From positions 22,010,001-22,074,000 of the forward strand of contig JAQFVV010000005.1 in assembly GCA_028023455.1 (NCBI GenBank): 64,000 nucleotides of DNA, given 5' to 3'. Below, one piece after another: positions 60,606 through 64,000 of the stretch. A program made the translations under genes and the position numbers. Within the stretch, counting starts at the first letter, position 1; each line of letters opens with the position of its first letter. The notes beneath the pieces are model-generated. The model was not told the DNA's origin. It saw only the letters and a list, made by a program, of their open reading frames with translations, and searched no databases. This DNA comes from Epiperipatus broadwayi (taxonomy: Eukaryota; Animalia; Onychophora).

Positions 60606-63339
60606 GTGATTCATTATTGACTGCAATATCTTGTTTGAGATCAATCTTTGCTTAATTTTTTTTCTATTCTTTTTCTTTTGAAAATGATGAAGTAAATTAG
60701 CTAAAAGCCAAGTAACTTTAGTCTCTCTCTCTCTACTTTTTACAAATCAAATATTGTAAAACCATTCTTCTTCATTCATTTATGATGAAACTTATTATTA
60801 AAGAGTAAAACATAAAATAATAATAAATTTTAAAATTTCCAAGATAGATTATACTAGCTATTTGTTATGTTTGTGATCACAGTGAGCAGCAACTGCACTA
60901 TAACCTACATACATTAAACCATAGATAGATATTGAATTAATGAATTTGTATGTGTGACTATATTTATATTGGCTATCTAGTTTTGTTAGATTTGCTAGAG
61001 GATTTAAACTCTCATCCTAACCAATGACCTTAAAATAACAAACCATGCTTTATATATAAATATCTTAAAGCAATCTTAGTATGAAATTATTAAAACATTC
61101 TAGCACCATATGTAATGTATTTAAATTGGCAATCTAACTTTAAACATACATAATAAAAAATGTAATAAAATATGTTCATAGTGGAATATGAATTTTGTGT
61201 TATTTTATATTGGATGGTAATTAATATTTTAAAGCTTACATAAGTAATCAGTTGCACTAAAAATCTATGTATCATTTATTTACACATTTTCTATTTACAG
61301 TTCTTTACACACACATATATCTATATATATTCACTTATTATTTATTATACAAACATGCACATATGTAAATACACACACCTGTTATTTTATATATAAGCTT
61401 ATAAATATATGACTTTTATTATTGGCAAATGAAAGAATCCATGTTCTATACCAAATAAAATTTATAAAAGATAGAAAAGATAGATTTGTGATTGAAGAGA
61501 GAAATACTAGATAGATATAAAGTCTTAGAATTTAATGAATGAATAAAACGAAAAGATAGCTTGATAATGATGCCAAAAAAAAAATCTAGGAATACAGATG
61601 CACAGAATAAATGTACAAACAATGTTTTAAAACAAAATTGATATGATCTCATTTAATAATTGTAGTCAAATAAAGGTAATGGGTTATATAATGAAACTGT
61701 GAGAAAAAGATATGACTAATAGAAGTAGGAATATTGTTTTTAGTAATAAATAATGACTTTGTGTTTGTATTGGAATGATATGTACAACTTTTGGACTGCA
61801 TCCATTGATAAAGTTTCTTCTATTATAGAGAACAAAGGAGATTGCATTATCAACTAATTTATTCAAAACATCATATTACGATATTCCATAACAACTGTGG
61901 ATTCTATAGTATTGCAACAGCAAGATGAAGAATATTTTGATGACTTTGCCATGTATTTTTAGAATTTGCATACATTTTTAAATGAAATTTTTTTAATGCC
62001 AATAGAGAGTCCAAGTTTCACTTCCATACAATAAATTTGGTAAAATAACAATAGACTCAGAATGTATCGTCTTTTTTCATTAATTATAAAACTACTTAAT
62101 TCAAACGTGTTAGTTTAATGATACCAAAGCCTATTTAACCAATTCGGAGGATCACAGATTTTTATTTCCCAGCTAAGAATAATTAAATACGCATTTTGTG
62201 ATCGCAAACCAAATGGATTTGGCTACAAGCATATACTTTGAAAAAGCTTTTTATCTTGTTTGGGTGTCCATCAATTGCCTAAAAGAAATTCAAAAAATTA
62301 TACTTTAGATTATGGGCTTATTTAGCTAATGCACTGATCACCAAGATGTAAGATCTTTTTAATATTTAATTATTCATAGTAGGAGGTGAAGTTAGTCAGA
62401 TGAGTATTACGCAATTCTATTATTAATGAGAAATATGATGGATTCCAATTGACGTTCGCCCGTGTTTATTTTTCTCTCCTTTTTTTCTTGATGAATATTC
62501 AAATTGTTTCTTTAATTATTTGCTTTTTTATTTATAAACAACATTTAATTTAATAATAGTATTATCCCACATTTATTTCACTCATTGAAATTGTTAAAAA
62601 TATATTTATGCATGGATATACTAAACTATTTTAATTATTATTCACATACACGCACAAACACGGCAGCGCAAATTTATGGAAGTAATGGATAAATGTTAAA
62701 TTCTCTGCCGGAAGGCAGGTTACGACAATTTAGGCAATAATAGTTCACCATAGCCTATTTCATCTTATTAATCTCGTATTAGCTACGTGGTAAATTTTAA
62801 TAAATCCCGACTTACAACTTCATTTCAAAAGAATCATCTTTTAAAGTCATTTATGTCCAACTGACATGATATTTAATGCGGACAATAAATCCAAGCAAAC
62901 GAATGCAAAACATTTATAAAAAAGAGAAATATCTTTATAACTTACTAATGAGTTAATTAACCCATATAGAAGTTTTATTGCCTGCTGGCAATAAAACTTC
63001 GATAAATTCTGATTCTATTATATTAAACAAATAAAAAGTATTCTTTTGAGTAATGAATTAAGACCATAAAACTAAAAAAGCAAAATCGATTTTAAAAGTT
63101 CTCAAGTTAATTTATCGTTCAAATATCATCCTATTAAAAAGAAAACGCTTCTGTTTTGTCAATAAAATTCGAATCAAATTTTTAATATGTCGTAATGCAG
63201 ACTTCCCCCTCTCTTTATCCTCACTTGCAATATTTTAATATTGTAAAATATATAATATGCTGCGATTATTCATAAATGTATAAGTTGTTACAATGCAGTA
63301 AGATCACAAATTTATTCAATTGTTTGCATAGAGTAAAGA

Positions 63340-63605
63340 GGTATCATTGAAAGTATCAGGAGACGGAAATGGATCTCGAATAAACATATTACTAGAAGAG
63401 ATAATAATAGACGGACAAATGAAGTCTTAAATAGGATCCCCAAGACATAAGAAGGACCTAGAAGAAGACCATGTATGAGATAGATTGATAAAATAAAAAA
63501 GTTGTTAGTGTGATTGTGGAGAAGAGAGGCTATGGATTGAAAAAAATTGGATTATATTCGAAGAAACCATCCTGTAGTGGATTATTCATGGTTGAAAATG
63601 TTGTT
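63340..63605 (+). mobile_element. RTE LINE 3' fragment (diverged)
   Basis: AATAATAGACGGACAAATGAAGTCTTAAAT..GGACCTAGAAGAAGACCA..CATCCTGTAGTGGATT, colinear with 43880-44070. Confidence 0.75.
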
Positions 63606-64000
63606 GACAGCCATGATGGTTTCTGTCTACGGTATCTGATTATAGGCACTATAAATTATAGAAAGCCATCCAAAGAATCTATGAAGGAAGTCATTATCCA
63701 TGTGTTTGCGCTGTTGGGGGAGGGATAGCAGTTTTTCACCTTTAGTTTACTCTCTAGCTAACCACTGACTAATAATTGAATGGCTAATTAAATTAATTAT
63801 GGCCAAAGTATCTCAAAGTAAGTAAAATAAATAAATAATAATAAACCTGCATTTCTAAATAATTGTTTAGCTTGTTTAATTCCATTTACTGATTTGATAG
63901 GATGTTTATCAGAGTTTATAACACAACTCTAAAATTTGAAATGCTAAAATGAATTACATTGAAAGAGCACTTAGTAATAGTAAATTAACATTGATGATGA

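Noticed and set aside
352-63728. Most short ORFs in the supplied track (60-130 aa; Phe/Leu/Ile/Tyr-rich)
   Set aside because: Compositional products of AT-rich DNA or antisense frames of LINE/PLE relics; no recognisable domains or splice context.
1-64000. CRISPR array, rRNA, operon-like or viral gene clusters
   Set aside because: No regularly spaced repeat-spacer array, rRNA signature or long intact non-TE ORFs; the window is spliceosomal-intron-containing eukaryotic DNA.

Overview
AT-rich (by eye roughly 25-30% GC) eukaryotic, probably invertebrate, genomic DNA; I cannot identify the organism from sequence alone. One clear protein-coding gene is present: a three-exon ALKBH4 (+ strand, 559-672 / 20337-20534 / 24537-25037, 270 aa) with a 19.7-kb first intron. 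The rest is mostly retroelement debris. It includes RTE-clade LINEs (one near full length at 40825-44091 with a TSD, plus several 3' fragments), other LINE relics, and a minimal tRNA-derived SINE with TSDs. There are also many Penelope-like element (PLE) remnants carrying RT and GIY-YIG motifs. The most striking signal, absent from the ORF track, is about 17 intact or decayed minimal type-I hammerhead ribozyme (HHR) motifs from at least 5 sequence families. Three have intact cores (6269-6310, 18726-18767, 46814-46856). Many sit inside 0.1-0.8-kb tail-out fold-back elements, and three different fold-back families share a 13-nt sub-terminal motif. All motif calls were made by eye with no database or covariance-model search, and boundaries of degraded elements are approximate.
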